A stretch of DNA of 64,000 nucleotides from Methanomicrobia archaeon. GTDB lineage: Archaea > Halobacteriota > Syntropharchaeia > Alkanophagales > Methanospirareceae. Below are positions 39,784 through 50,109 of this stretch, piece after piece. The stretch is from assembly GCA_016930255.1 (NCBI GenBank), contig JAFGHB010000022.1, forward strand, positions 14,989 through 78,988, given 5' to 3'. Position numbers and translations under genes: made by a program. The first letter of the stretch is position 1. Every line of letters begins with the position of its first letter. The notes under the pieces were generated by a model. The model searched no databases. It was not told where the DNA came from and was given only the letters and a program-made list of their open reading frames with translations.

Positions 39784-40224
39784 TTACGTGAGTTGCTGGT
39801 TATTCACGTGCGTGCTCATGCTACTGCTACTGGTCACCCACTCTCCCGCCTTGAAATCCAATGCTAACGAGTTGATGCAGTATCGTTTCCCGGTTGGTTT
39901 CGGGCCGTCGTCAAATAAGTGGCCGAGGTGACTGCCGCAGTTCTTACAGACAATCTCCGTACGTTCCTCATCAAATCTCGTATCGGGCTTCAACTCCACG
40001 GCATCCTGAACAACATCAAAGAAACTCGGCCAGCCACAGCCCGAATCGAATTTTGTATCCGATTCAAATACCTTATTGCCGCACGCTTTGCAATAATAGC
40101 TCCCACGTGCCTTGGTTTTATAATACTCCCCACTAAATGCAGTCTCGGTACCTCTCTCCCTCAAGATATGATACTCCTCGGGCGTCAGTTTCTTTTTGTA
40201 CTCCGCTTCGCTTCTTCTCTTCAT
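39784..40224 (-). CDS. msrB: peptide-methionine (R)-S-oxide reductase
   Basis: CxxC...CGWPSF...RYCINS...CxxC, the MsrB zinc and active-site motifs. Confidence 0.8.
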   Translation of the reverse strand: MKRRSEAEYKKKLTPEEYHILRERGTETAFSGEYYKTKARGSYYCKACGNKVFESDTKFDSGCGWPSFFDVVQDAVELKPDTRFDEERTEIVCKNCGSHLGHLFDDGPKPTGKRYCINSLALDFKAGEWVTSSSSMSTHVNNQQLT

Positions 40225-40373
40225 GGTACGTACGGTACTTATGTAAAGCTTCTCCTAGCAATTACTGGTCACTTCAGGGCCGGGTTATCGCCCACCCGCC
40301 CGTTATTTAAGAGAGGCGGCATATCGCCCAATCACTGCAGTGCTTTGCGAGTCTGTATCGCGTGATGTAATAG

Positions 40374-40634
40374 TTACAGCCCTGATTGTTCTTTGTCTGA
40401 TCCTCGTGTACAATAAAAGCCGTGTGTAAGCCCCATCTCCGCTGTTACCGGGCATCTACCACAGATGCAGCCTTCTTCTTCGGTAATACAGGTGCTCTTC
40501 CCTATCGTCGGGAAACAAAATCCGCCTTTTTCTCCACATTCAACCCAGCTTGGACATCCCGCACAGATGCACATGCTTAAAACCATCTTCTTCTTCCCTT
40601 CCAGTTCTTGAGGATCCATTGCCATAAAAACCAC
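40374..40634 (-). CDS. small Cys-rich protein, hypothetical
   Basis: 86 aa with 12 Cys (CICAGCPSWVEC...CICGRCP). Confidence 0.4.
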   Translation of the reverse strand: MVFMAMDPQELEGKKKMVLSMCICAGCPSWVECGEKGGFCFPTIGKSTCITEEEGCICGRCPVTAEMGLTHGFYCTRGSDKEQSGL

Positions 40635-40928
40635 CTCGTTATTTATTAGCCGAATACACTATTGTCTGGACGAACTATATATACTATGCGTTTTCCCTAC
40701 AGCAGAGACTATTGGCGACCTCTCCCGATCTGAGTGAACGAAGTTCCGAGGAAAAACGTCAAATTGTGTCGTATCCGTATCCACATTCGCAGAACTCACA
40801 GCCGTTACAAAGGACTTTGGATAGCCCAATTCAGTAGTGTGGAACCGTGCATGAGGACGGGAATCCATGAGTGTCAGTACAGCTAGCGAAAAAATTTTAA
40901 GCTAATCCACATTGATTATTAACCGGAG

Positions 40929-41324
40929 GTGAAAAAGACGATGAGAAAAGCTGCAGTGTGTCTACTAGTCGTAGCAGCACTCATACTTGGTATGATCTTC
41001 GCGGGTTGTATCGAAGAAGATGAAACTCCTTCGCCCGTACCGTCAGAACAATACGACACACCCACGCCGGGAAGTCAGAATACGTTTAGCCTTGAAGAGG
41101 TCGCACAACACAATTCAGCTCAGGATTGTTGGATCGTGGTTCAGGGTAAGGTGTATAATGTCACCACTATACCCTGCCATGGTGGCGGTGGAGGGCCGTT
41201 ACTACTCGAAAGTTGTGGAACAGATGCGACGGAACTATGGGAAACAAAGCCGGTTACGGAAGAACCGCACTCCCAGAGTGCCCAGGACATCTTGGATAAT
41301 TACTATATCGGCGATTTAGAATAG
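40929..41324 (+). CDS. cytochrome b5-like heme/steroid-binding domain lipoprotein
   Basis: Lipobox IFAGC; LEEVAQHNSAQDCWIVVQGKVYNVT...H.GG...G.DAT resembles a cyt-b5-like domain. Confidence 0.45.
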   Translation: MKKTMRKAAVCLLVVAALILGMIFAGCIEEDETPSPVPSEQYDTPTPGSQNTFSLEEVAQHNSAQDCWIVVQGKVYNVTTIPCHGGGGGPLLLESCGTDATELWETKPVTEEPHSQSAQDILDNYYIGDLE

Positions 41325-41541
41325 CAACAAAAACAGCAAGTAGACCTCGAAAACCTCAGGCTAGAAAAGGCCACTCAAAGTTCAACGTCTCCACAATACC
41401 CACCTATACACGAATTTTCGATAGATAGTTAGTGCATAGTCTCACGTAAAGAACGGTGCAGGACGCTGCAGATCCAGAAGCAGAGGATGATGGATGCATG
41501 CGGGAGTACTGATTGTTTTGGAGCCGGAAACGGCCAAAAAC

Positions 41542-41703
41542 TTATTCCTCCCTGGCTTTAAAGACGCCACAGCCGACATATTTCTGCTCGTACCAGATCG
41601 TCATATTCATTTTGGGGCAGAGATACCGCTCATTCTCTACTTTACTCTCGTCGAAATACGCGCACTTCCTGCATAAATCCTTCATTGTCGTTTCAACCCG
41701 CAT
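41542..41703 (-). CDS. small CxxC zinc-finger protein
   Basis: MRVETTMKDLCRKCAYFDESKVENERYLCPKMNMTIWYEQKYVGCGVFKAREE. The track ORF extends to 41784. It has a decayed paralog at 34525-34690. Confidence 0.4.
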   Translation of the reverse strand: MRVETTMKDLCRKCAYFDESKVENERYLCPKMNMTIWYEQKYVGCGVFKAREE

Positions 41704-42116
41704 GCTGAACCAACCGCCATTAGCCCTGCGTATAGATCTATATTCGCTTTGTACGTGAAAAACATTGCGGCGACTGCACTGCACTGTACATCCCTAAGCA
41801 CGAGAGAGACGGATAGGTATGACCCACATTTTCACCACGTACTAACTAAACTACTGCTGACGAGTGCTGAGTGCCGCTTGCGCCCTTCATAACCCCCTCC
41901 CCGTCACAGACAGACCGTGGCGCAAAAGCGTCACCGCATAAAAGCATGAAGAAGGACAGGTGGTGGTTTCTTACTTTCACTGGCTGGTAACGGAGAAAAA
42001 AGCGTGTTCCGTCCAAAAGTCGGGAGCACCCCTGCAGCGAAACGGTAGTTAAAAGAAAAATAAATAGATAACCCCCAATAGTTTGTATTAGTGATTCCGT
42101 TATCTGATTGCAGGAT

Positions 42117-42189
42117 GGCCGGGGTGTGGTAGAGGCTATCCCTGGGGACTGTGGATCCCTAGACCTGGGTTCGAATCCCAGCCCCGGCC
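42117..42189 (+). tRNA. tRNA-His (anticodon GTG) with a genomically encoded G-1
   Basis: Acceptor GCCGGGG/CCCCGGC; anticodon arm GGGGA-CTGTGGA-TCCCT (anticodon GTG at 42151-42153); T arm CTGGG-TTCGAAT-CCCAG; discriminator C; extra 5' G at 42117 pairing with C73. The D arm is imperfect. CCA is not encoded. Confidence 0.65.
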
Positions 42190-42461
42190 CTTTTACAAGC
42201 AACTACTTTGAAACGGCGCGATGCAAGCTGCTCGTGCTCTGGCAGTTAAAGCTAGCCTTCTTTAAACGGAATACTCGAATGCCCGTTCTCCGAGACTATT
42301 TATGTTATTCTTCTTCCAAAGTCGCTTCGGTTCTCGGGTTTGAATAAAAGAGATAAATGTGGCAGAATACTTCCCATACTCCACACACACTAAAATCAAG
42401 CAAAAGCGATAAGTTTAAATATATAGTTGGAGATTCTTGTTTATATGGTGAAATTTGAAAA

Positions 42462-42671
42462 ATGAAAACTGAAGAAGCGCGAACCGCACACGAGTACTTT
42501 ATAGGATTATTCGCAGGATTATGGTCTGGAATTATAGTATCGGTGATTAATGTTATGGTGGAAAGGGAAGCTTCTATTTGGGTGGCTGTCCCAGTTGTGT
42601 TTGTGGCTGCTGTGATTATGGCGTTCATCGGATGGGGGATGGTTAAGTTTCTAATTCTGCGAGACCCTTAA
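42462..42671 (+). CDS. small hypothetical membrane protein
   Basis: 69 aa, two TM helices, within a 950-nt AT-rich spacer after the tRNA. Confidence 0.3.
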   Translation: MKTEEARTAHEYFIGLFAGLWSGIIVSVINVMVEREASIWVAVPVVFVAAVIMAFIGWGMVKFLILRDP

Positions 42672-43139
42672 GCACTTTCATCTCCATCATTTTGAAATAA
42701 TAAATGCACCGTTAAACCCTAAGCATGGGCTAGTTCCTTAACCTTCTGAGCCGTATCCTCCCTAACCGTTAAGATCGCCCAGCCCTTCTCAGGCATACGT
42801 GACTTGTCGGTAAACGTCGGTATAAAATTGACTAGTCAAATATCTGCGTGGTTAGTCGTGAGTTCATAGAATACACGACAAAACGGGGAGCTTTGAAACC
42901 TTGTTTAGGATATAATAAACTGAAGATCCGTTCAATCCTTCTGAGGATTTTTCTAAAATTGGAGAAGTGCCAAAATTTGTAGCCAACCGCTATCCTTTGG
43001 TGCAACCTGTAAACGACAAATCTCACATGTGGGGAGGCGTTGCTTCGTTGATTCTTCAATCTTCTTGGCCAGGCTTTTCTTGCGCGTTCGCGGTAAAGCT
43101 TTTATTAACAGTTTTGCAAAGAAAAGATGAAGTGTTACG

Positions 43140-43781
43140 ATGGCTCTTAATTTTCTCCTGCGTACTATTGTAGATAATTCCGGCTTCGTGAGGACGACAA
43201 CGCGATTTTTCGCCAATCGAGGCATCTCGCCGAATGTGTTGTCCCTGCTCTCGCTCGTCTTTGCCGCGCTCGCCGGCTTACTATTCGGCTTATCCCGCAC
43301 GAGCATGTCTTTCAACCTCTTTTTATTAGTCGCGGGCGTTTTTGTATGCCTGAATGCCGTTTTGGACGGTCTGGACGGACTTGTCGCGCGAGAGATCGGT
43401 AATGCAAGCAGAAAGGGCGATTTCCTTGACCATGTGGTCGACCGTTATTCAGACGTATTCATCATCGGCGGTATCGTCTTCGGCGGCTATGCAGGCTGGC
43501 AAATTGGCGTTGTCGCGATTATTGGCGTCTTGCTCTCTTCCTACATGGGCACACAGGCGCAGGCAGTCGGGCTGAGCAGGATGTACGGCGGACTGCTTGG
43601 CAGAGCGGACCGCATGATACTTATAATAGCTGCAACGGCGCTCACATTGGTCTATCCCTATCCGATTCCCGCGTCAGGACTCGTGAGCTTGTCCTTCCTC
43701 GGCTGGGCACTCCTCGTCTTTGCTCTTGTCTGCAACGCAACGGCGCTCCAGCGGTTCGTTTACACCTGGAGAAGGCTCTAA
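43140..43781 (+). CDS. CDP-alcohol phosphatidyltransferase family protein (archaeal phospholipid synthase)
   Basis: DGLDGLVAREIGNASRKGDFLDHVVD matches the D-G-x2-A-R-x8-G-x3-D-x3-D signature. Confidence 0.7.
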   Translation: MALNFLLRTIVDNSGFVRTTTRFFANRGISPNVLSLLSLVFAALAGLLFGLSRTSMSFNLFLLVAGVFVCLNAVLDGLDGLVAREIGNASRKGDFLDHVVDRYSDVFIIGGIVFGGYAGWQIGVVAIIGVLLSSYMGTQAQAVGLSRMYGGLLGRADRMILIIAATALTLVYPYPIPASGLVSLSFLGWALLVFALVCNATALQRFVYTWRRL

Positions 43782-43840
43782 CTCGATAACAGAATGCAAA
43801 CTGTCAGCCAGCGCACCTAATTCCGTTCGGAGTGCCTTAC

Positions 43841-44230
43841 CTACCGTGCACGCACTATCCGCACGGCGAGCACGGCCGCATTCGTGCCGTTGTCGATACC
43901 CACTACGCCTACCGGCACGCCCGGGGGCATTTGAACCATGGACAGGAGCGCATCCATGCCCCTTAACGGCCCGCTTACCGGAACGCCGATGACTGGCTTA
44001 TCCGTTTTCGACGCGATGATCCCCGGCAAAGCCGCCGCGAGCCCTGCAATCGCTATGAATACCGCGACATCGCCGCTCTCCTTCAAATAGCAATCCAGCT
44101 CTTCTGGGTTCCGGTGCGCGGAGAGCACCTGCACATCGTAAGGAATGTTGTGCTCTTCCAATACCGCGATCGCTTTATCCGCCACCGCTTGATCGCTCTT
44201 CGAGCCCATTACGATAGCTACTTTAGTCAT
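43841..44230 (-). CDS. purE: N5-carboxyaminoimidazole ribonucleotide mutase
   Basis: [19 protein letters not shown] and GVPV motifs of PurE. Confidence 0.8.
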   Translation of the reverse strand: MTKVAIVMGSKSDQAVADKAIAVLEEHNIPYDVQVLSAHRNPEELDCYLKESGDVAVFIAIAGLAAALPGIIASKTDKPVIGVPVSGPLRGMDALLSMVQMPPGVPVGVVGIDNGTNAAVLAVRIVRAR

Positions 44231-44255
44231 GATCTTTCGGATTGCGCATTTAGGT

Positions 44256-45230
44256 TTAGGCCTTTATCCGCTCCTCCATCACCTCGGTGAACTCTTCTGG
44301 ATCCTTTATCCGTTTCAGCTCGTCTTTTCCGATTAACACGGTATCATCTATCTGCACGTATTTGACATTCCCGTTCACGACGAATACCGACTTCGTTCTC
44401 GTAACCTGCGATAAGCTGCTCACTATCCTCGCCCGTTTTATCATGCGCTCGGTATATTCGCTTACGCCGGTAAGGATCTTCGGACATTCGACTCGCGCTT
44501 TCGACGGCGGCTCAGGGAACGAAACAGCGCTAAAAGGAGCGTAAGACGTCGTAAAAATTTCAAAGCCGATCTCTTCCATCATACCCAAAATGCGCTTCTC
44601 CAAGCTCGAAATCGCTTCGTCCGCGCCCTCTTTTAATACCTCCGCGGAAGGTTCCTCTGATTCGGCATTTAAGAGCTCTAAAGGCACTATGAGTACGGTA
44701 TCTAAGATCTCCTCGAGTTTCAGCGCGATGTCGATGGTCGTACTCATGCCGCCCTCTTCGTATTTGCTCACGCTCCTCCGCGAGATGCCTAATTCCGAGG
44801 CGATATCGCCCAGGGACAATTCCTTCTTCTCCCGCGCCGTCTTCATCGCTGCCCCGTCGATATTGACATACACGCCGCCGGTGGCCGAATAAACGTAGGG
44901 ATCCACGCCCTCCACAAAGTAATCGTAAAGTGTATGCGGGTTTAAAGCAGGGATACCGTATCGATGATAGACCACATCGTCTTCCAGAAAGGACACGCCT
45001 TTTCGCTCGCCGATGACCAGCGGAGACGCGAGTAAGCAAAATGCCGCGCGTTTTATGCTCTTCGCTACGTCTTCGTTAAGGCCGTCTATATTACGCATTA
45101 TCTTCGCCAGCAGGGTCACTTCGCTTCGTCGCGCCGCTAAATCGAAACTCCGCGCCTCACATCTCTGTGATACGATAAAGCCCGCATCCTGCAATATTCC
45201 CAATACCTGAGAGATCAGATCGTCCTTCAT
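44256..45230 (-). CDS. archaeal HTH (XRE-type) transcriptional regulator, COG1395 family
   Basis: Central [24 protein letters not shown] flanked by conserved archaeal domains; 324 aa. Confidence 0.65.
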   Translation of the reverse strand: MKDDLISQVLGILQDAGFIVSQRCEARSFDLAARRSEVTLLAKIMRNIDGLNEDVAKSIKRAAFCLLASPLVIGERKGVSFLEDDVVYHRYGIPALNPHTLYDYFVEGVDPYVYSATGGVYVNIDGAAMKTAREKKELSLGDIASELGISRRSVSKYEEGGMSTTIDIALKLEEILDTVLIVPLELLNAESEEPSAEVLKEGADEAISSLEKRILGMMEEIGFEIFTTSYAPFSAVSFPEPPSKARVECPKILTGVSEYTERMIKRARIVSSLSQVTRTKSVFVVNGNVKYVQIDDTVLIGKDELKRIKDPEEFTEVMEERIKA

Positions 45231-46090
45231 CTGGCCTTCAACGAGCTAGCTTTGTCCGAGGATGATAGTTCCCGTGCCCGCTTTGTTGCTTCACTTACCG
45301 CTTCCATCAGCGCTGCCTTTACACCGACCGTGTCCATCACACGAAGCCCGCGTATCGTCGTCCCACCGGGAGAAGCAGTCCGATGTGTTATCGAAGACGG
45401 CTCGTTACCTGCAAGGATCATCTTCGCAGCGCCCAGGGCGGTCTGGGCAGAGATCGAAAGCGCCACATCATAGGGCAAGCCCTCGTAGACGCCGCCTTCA
45501 GACATTGCCTCGATCACTGCGGCGAAGAAAGCGATGCCACTGCCGCTTAATCCCGTAACAATATCAAGATCGCTCTCTTTCAAGCTATAAACGGCACCGA
45601 GCGCACTGAAGATCTCCCGTGCGAGCTCCACATCCTCTTCTCCTGCGTACGCGCCTTTACAAATCGCCGTTACGGATTCACCCACGAGCACGCCGATATT
45701 CGGCATCACTCGGATTACCTTCTTGCCTGTGCCCAGGGCACTCTCGATCGCGTGCGTTGGTACGCCAGCAGCTACCGATATGATTATTTTACTCCCAGAT
45801 ATGAACGGTGCAATCTCCTCCACGACCCTCTGTACATCGTTTGGCTTAACGGCCAAAATGGTCACGTCTGATTGCTCCGCGACCTCGCCGTTGCTCTCGC
45901 AGACGACGACGCGCGATTCTGAGTCGCCCACAAAGGATTCGAGACTTGCCTTCCGTACGTCGCTGATAAAAATCCGCTCGTTCAATCCGCCGCCGTTATC
46001 AGCAGCAAGAAGCCCCCGCAGAATAGACGCCCCTATGTTGCCCACGCCGATAATGCCGATTTTCTTCCCCTCGACCACGCTCACGTTCAT
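45227..46090 (-). CDS. proC: pyrroline-5-carboxylate reductase
   Basis: Rossmann KIGIIGVGNIGASI and the C-terminal ProC dimerisation region. Confidence 0.85.
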   Translation of the reverse strand: MNVSVVEGKKIGIIGVGNIGASILRGLLAADNGGGLNERIFISDVRKASLESFVGDSESRVVVCESNGEVAEQSDVTILAVKPNDVQRVVEEIAPFISGSKIIISVAAGVPTHAIESALGTGKKVIRVMPNIGVLVGESVTAICKGAYAGEEDVELAREIFSALGAVYSLKESDLDIVTGLSGSGIAFFAAVIEAMSEGGVYEGLPYDVALSISAQTALGAAKMILAGNEPSSITHRTASPGGTTIRGLRVMDTVGVKAALMEAVSEATKRARELSSSDKASSLKAR

Positions 46091-46311
46091 TCCTTCAATG
46101 GATTTATAAGCACAACATTATTGCCACGGAGTATAACAGAGCCCAGAGAGCGTTTCTTTTCGCCTTGCAAGATCTCGCTCGCACCGCTCAAATGCAGATT
46201 CAAATAGTCATCAACCGATGTCAGCACGCCCTCCAGCACGCACTGCTCACCCTTCATCTCTACGTGTATCTCTCTTCCCACCAGACTCTGAACTTTTTTG
46301 TTTGGAAACAT
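46087..46311 (-). CDS. Sm-like archaeal protein (LSm)
   Basis: 74 aa; Sm1/Sm2 motifs (VEMKGEQCVLEGVLTSVDDYLNLHL / ILRGNNVVLI). Confidence 0.7.
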   Translation of the reverse strand: MFPNKKVQSLVGREIHVEMKGEQCVLEGVLTSVDDYLNLHLSGASEILQGEKKRSLGSVILRGNNVVLINPLKE

Positions 46312-46360
46312 AGCTTCAACTCCTCTTATCTTTTCTATTTTACTTCCTTATTTAAAAACC

Positions 46361-47662
46361 ATGCTCCATGAGCTTGTGGTTACCGGTAAAATCGTAAATC
46401 CTGAAGGGATACACGAGGCTCAGATCGGCATTGACGGGGCGTTTATTACCGCGTTGAAAAAGCAGGGTTTACGCGGCGAGCGGGAAATAGACGCGCGGGG
46501 ATGTCTCATCTTTCCGGGATTTATTGATATGCACGTGCATTTACGGGAAGACGGCAGTCACAAGTGGGGTTACAAGGAAGATTTCACGTCGGGCACTGCG
46601 GCTGCGCTTCACGGCGGTGTAACGACCGTCGTTGACATGCCCAACACCCCGTTGCCCGGCATAACTGCCGAGCGGATACGAGAGAAGAAGGAACTCGCTC
46701 GCACAAAGTCGAAAGGCTTGCTTGACATTCTTTTCTGCGGTGCTGTAGCAGAATCCAATCTGAAGACGCTTGCGGATATGCAAGAAGACGTTGTAGCATA
46801 TAAGATCTACCTTGCCAGGACGGGCGGGTTATACATAGATGAGAAAACGTTACCACACGCACTTACGGCGGTAGAAGCGACTTCTAAACCCGCCGTCATC
46901 CATTGTGAAGACCAGCATATCATAGACCGTAAGCAAGAAGAATCGCGATCACGAGGCGGCGGTGGGAAGAACCATGGGGAACTCCATTCAGAGCTAAGAC
47001 CCGCGGAAGCTGAGTTGTCCGCGGTCAGAAACGTTTTATCCGCCGCTTCTACTGCACGAGAATTTAAAATAAGCATCGCACACATCTCCGTTTCCGAGAC
47101 CGTAAGCCTCCTGAGGCAACACAAAAACGTGCACGGCGAGGTCACGCCGCATCACTTGTTCTTCACCAGAGACGATCTATTGTCGAAGAAGGCGTTTTTA
47201 AAGACGAATCCACCGCTGCGAACGGAAGCGAACAGGCAGCGACTGCTGACTGCATTCAAAGCGGGCGCAATCGATTTCTTAGCGACCGATCACGCACCGC
47301 ACACGCAGGAGGAGAAGGCACACGACATCTTAGATGCGCCTGCCGGCGTTCCACATTTGGATACGTACGGTAATTTCGTGTCATGGTTGATTGCGCGTTG
47401 CGATGTCTCGCCAACTCTCATGGCACGCGTCTGCTCGTTCAATCCTGCGCGCTTTCTGGGCTTGAACGATAGAGGCAGGATAGAAGTAGGTAAGCGGGCG
47501 AATCTGACCATCCTGGATTTACAGAAGCCCGTTAAAATCAGCAGTGATCGGTTATATACAAAATGCGGGTGGTCGCCGTTTGAAGGGTACGAGTTTCCGG
47601 GTGCGGTGCGGCATACCATTTCCAGTGGCGTCGTTGCGACCGAATACGATGAAGTCTTTTGA
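46361..47662 (+). CDS. pyrC: cyclic amidohydrolase (dihydroorotase-like)
   Basis: Metal-binding DMHVHLRE and DHAPH motifs of the dihydroorotase/hydantoinase family. ATG 46361 is chosen over the 46298 ORF start to avoid overlapping the Sm gene. Confidence 0.65.
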   Translation: MLHELVVTGKIVNPEGIHEAQIGIDGAFITALKKQGLRGEREIDARGCLIFPGFIDMHVHLREDGSHKWGYKEDFTSGTAAALHGGVTTVVDMPNTPLPGITAERIREKKELARTKSKGLLDILFCGAVAESNLKTLADMQEDVVAYKIYLARTGGLYIDEKTLPHALTAVEATSKPAVIHCEDQHIIDRKQEESRSRGGGGKNHGELHSELRPAEAELSAVRNVLSAASTAREFKISIAHISVSETVSLLRQHKNVHGEVTPHHLFFTRDDLLSKKAFLKTNPPLRTEANRQRLLTAFKAGAIDFLATDHAPHTQEEKAHDILDAPAGVPHLDTYGNFVSWLIARCDVSPTLMARVCSFNPARFLGLNDRGRIEVGKRANLTILDLQKPVKISSDRLYTKCGWSPFEGYEFPGAVRHTISSGVVATEYDEVF

Positions 47663-47752
47663 CGTATCTATCCTATCGCTCCAGCGTAAAAGCATAAAAA
47701 TTGCTAGAGGTTTGTTTACTATGACTAAGGTACACACGAGTAACGTACTACT

Positions 47753-48301
47753 ATGAGCGCTATTATAGTGACCATTGTTGCTGCACTCTGGCTGATGCTG
47801 CCGGCGTACGTAACGAATTCGAGCGCGGCGTTCTTTGGCGGCAAGACGCCCATTGACCGGGGCATGTATTGGGGTACGAGCAGGTTACTGGGTGATGGCA
47901 AGACGTATGAAGGCCTCGTAAAGGGCATCGCGTGCGGCATCCTCGTCGGCATCGTTCAGACCCTTTTTGCGGGCACTTATGTGGATATGCCTTCTTTCGG
48001 TACCTTTCCGTTCTTTTTCGTGACACTCATCTGCCTGTCGGCAGGAGCCATGCTTGGCGATCTGCTCGGTAGTTTTGCAAAACGGCGAGTCGGGCTGAAA
48101 CGAGGTGCGTCTCTACCGCTGGTGGATCAGCTCGATTTCGTGGTTGGCGCCTGGCTGCTTTTGTTCCTCTTCGCCCGCACGTGGTTTCGTAACGCCTTCT
48201 CACTGGAGGTGATCATTGTGGTGGTTCTTATCACCCCGCTCTTGCATCTGCTTACCAATTACATCGGCTTCAAGATAGGAAGGAAGCAAGTTCCGTGGTG
48301 A
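47753..48301 (+). CDS. carS: CDP-archaeol synthase (DUF46)
   Basis: 182-aa polytopic membrane protein with the GKTYEG and FAKRRVG motifs typical of CarS. Confidence 0.65.
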   Translation: MSAIIVTIVAALWLMLPAYVTNSSAAFFGGKTPIDRGMYWGTSRLLGDGKTYEGLVKGIACGILVGIVQTLFAGTYVDMPSFGTFPFFFVTLICLSAGAMLGDLLGSFAKRRVGLKRGASLPLVDQLDFVVGAWLLLFLFARTWFRNAFSLEVIIVVVLITPLLHLLTNYIGFKIGRKQVPW

Positions 48302-48414
48302 ATCGACGAACGGTGCTAAAAACCGTCGCGTCATTGGACGCGACGATATTAAACGGCCGCCGGTGAAAAAAGCGCAATGTTTAATTAGAAGGTCGGCATA
48401 CATCTTTTACAATT

Positions 48415-49674
48415 ATGGGTAAGACGAAGAAGGCCGAAGGCGAGGAGGAAGGAATAAGGATAGCCCAGGTTTCGTGTGGCACACTCTACGGTAATGTGCA
48501 GCACGAGATAGAGAAGGCTGCAGCGGAAGTGGGTGCAGAGCTCTTCGTGCCCGAAATTGATCTGGATTATCTCAAGGCAAAGGTGGACGAATTCGGTTAC
48601 GACATGAAGACGAGCCTGGGTTTGAGTGTCGCGTTAGCGCGTGGCTTCGCCGTTGCGGAAGGTCTGAGCGATGCGGACGCGGTATTTCTGGCGGGCTGTC
48701 ACAAATGTCCGCGCGGGGCTGTTATTCGGACGGAGATCAGGAAGATCATACAAGAAAAGACCCGCTTGCCCATCGTTATGTATCCGTTTTCAGAACGGAC
48801 AAAGGCAGGGGAGCTGTTGACGCGAATGGAGGCGCTGGTGACGATTGTGAGACGGAGATGGATACTGGAGCGCACGGTGCAGGAGGGCCTTACCGCGGGC
48901 ATTGATTCCGGCTCGACAACGACAAAGGCAGCGATCATGCAGGACAACGAGGTGCTGGGAGCGACGTGGTCACCTTCACGGGACGTGATAAAGACTGCGG
49001 AGAAAGTATTCGAGAAGGCGCTGGAGATCGCAGGCGTGAAACGCGGGGATATAGAAGCGCTGGGGACCACCGGTTACGGTCGGCACCCGTTAGGAGAGCA
49101 TTTCAAGGCGGATCTGGTGCAAGAGGAGCTGACCGTGAACTCGAAGGCCGCAATGTATCTTGCGGGCATCGAGAAGGGAGAAGCTATGATCATCGACATC
49201 GGCGGCATGGACAATAAGATAATTACCGCTTATGATGGCATTCCTGATAACTTCACGATGGGCGGGATATGCGCTGGTGCTTCAGGAAGATTCCTGGAGA
49301 TGGTCGCACGTCGACTGGGCGTCGACGTGGTCGAGATGGGTAAGTTAGCGTTAAAGGGCGACCCGAATAGAATAAAGACAGACAGTTACTGCATCGTGTT
49401 CGGCATTCAGGATCTTGTATCCGCGTTATCAAGCGGCGCGCGCAAAGAAGACGTGGCGGCTGCAGCGTGCCACTCGGTCGTGGAGCAGGTGAAGGAGCAG
49501 TTATTACAGGAGATTGACCTCAGGCAGCCCGCGATAGAGGTTGGCGGGACTTCGTTGGTGGAGGGCGTGCCGGTAGCGATGAACGACGTTCTGGGCTTTG
49601 AAGTAATTGTGCCGCAGTATCCGCAGTATATCGGTGCCGTGGGCGGGGCGCTGCTCTCGTCGTCCTTTAGGTGA
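48415..49674 (+). CDS. BadF/BadG/BcrA/BcrD-type ATPase (methanogen-marker-15-like activase family)
   Basis: Acetate/sugar-kinase-fold motifs GIDSGSTTTKAAI and IIDIGGMDNK; N-terminal Cys-containing domain. Confidence 0.55.
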   Translation: MGKTKKAEGEEEGIRIAQVSCGTLYGNVQHEIEKAAAEVGAELFVPEIDLDYLKAKVDEFGYDMKTSLGLSVALARGFAVAEGLSDADAVFLAGCHKCPRGAVIRTEIRKIIQEKTRLPIVMYPFSERTKAGELLTRMEALVTIVRRRWILERTVQEGLTAGIDSGSTTTKAAIMQDNEVLGATWSPSRDVIKTAEKVFEKALEIAGVKRGDIEALGTTGYGRHPLGEHFKADLVQEELTVNSKAAMYLAGIEKGEAMIIDIGGMDNKIITAYDGIPDNFTMGGICAGASGRFLEMVARRLGVDVVEMGKLALKGDPNRIKTDSYCIVFGIQDLVSALSSGARKEDVAAAACHSVVEQVKEQLLQEIDLRQPAIEVGGTSLVEGVPVAMNDVLGFEVIVPQYPQYIGAVGGALLSSSFR

Positions 49675-49678
49675 CGCG

Positions 49679-50098
49679 ATGTTGCGATTTATCGGTGTGG
49701 TAGAGAAAGCGAACGAAAAAGGAGTTTCGCAGATACGAATTTTCGACGAGTTTCGTGACGGTTTGGAAGGATTAGATAGCTACTCGCATATAATCGTCCT
49801 CTATTGGTTCCATTTACGCGATACCGAGGAGGAGCGAAGCGTGCTCAAAGTAGTCCCGCGGCGACATTCGGGCGCGCCAGAAGTGGGCGTCTTCACCTCC
49901 AGGAGCCCAAGCAGACCGAATCCGATAGGGTTATGTGTGGTGAAGCTGGTGAGGCTGAAGGGGGCTGTTTTGTCGGTGAAAGGGCTCGATGCGTTTGAAG
50001 ACACGCCGATAATCGACATCAAGCCGTACAATTCACGGGCGGATTCGGTTCCCGATGCCGTGGTTCCACCGTGGGCACTTCGTGGTCCCAAAACATGA
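49679..50098 (+). CDS. TsaA/YaeB-family methyltransferase, second paralog
   Basis: RPNPIGLCVVKLV...DTPIIDIKPY. The track ORF starts at 49607, overlapping the upstream gene. Confidence 0.7.
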   Translation: MLRFIGVVEKANEKGVSQIRIFDEFRDGLEGLDSYSHIIVLYWFHLRDTEEERSVLKVVPRRHSGAPEVGVFTSRSPSRPNPIGLCVVKLVRLKGAVLSVKGLDAFEDTPIIDIKPYNSRADSVPDAVVPPWALRGPKT

Positions 50099-50109
50099 GG
50101 GATTAGTTC

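Noticed and set aside
44560-45039. 159-aa Arg-rich minus-strand ORF
   Set aside because: It is an alternative frame within the COG1395 HTH regulator gene, with strongly biased composition.
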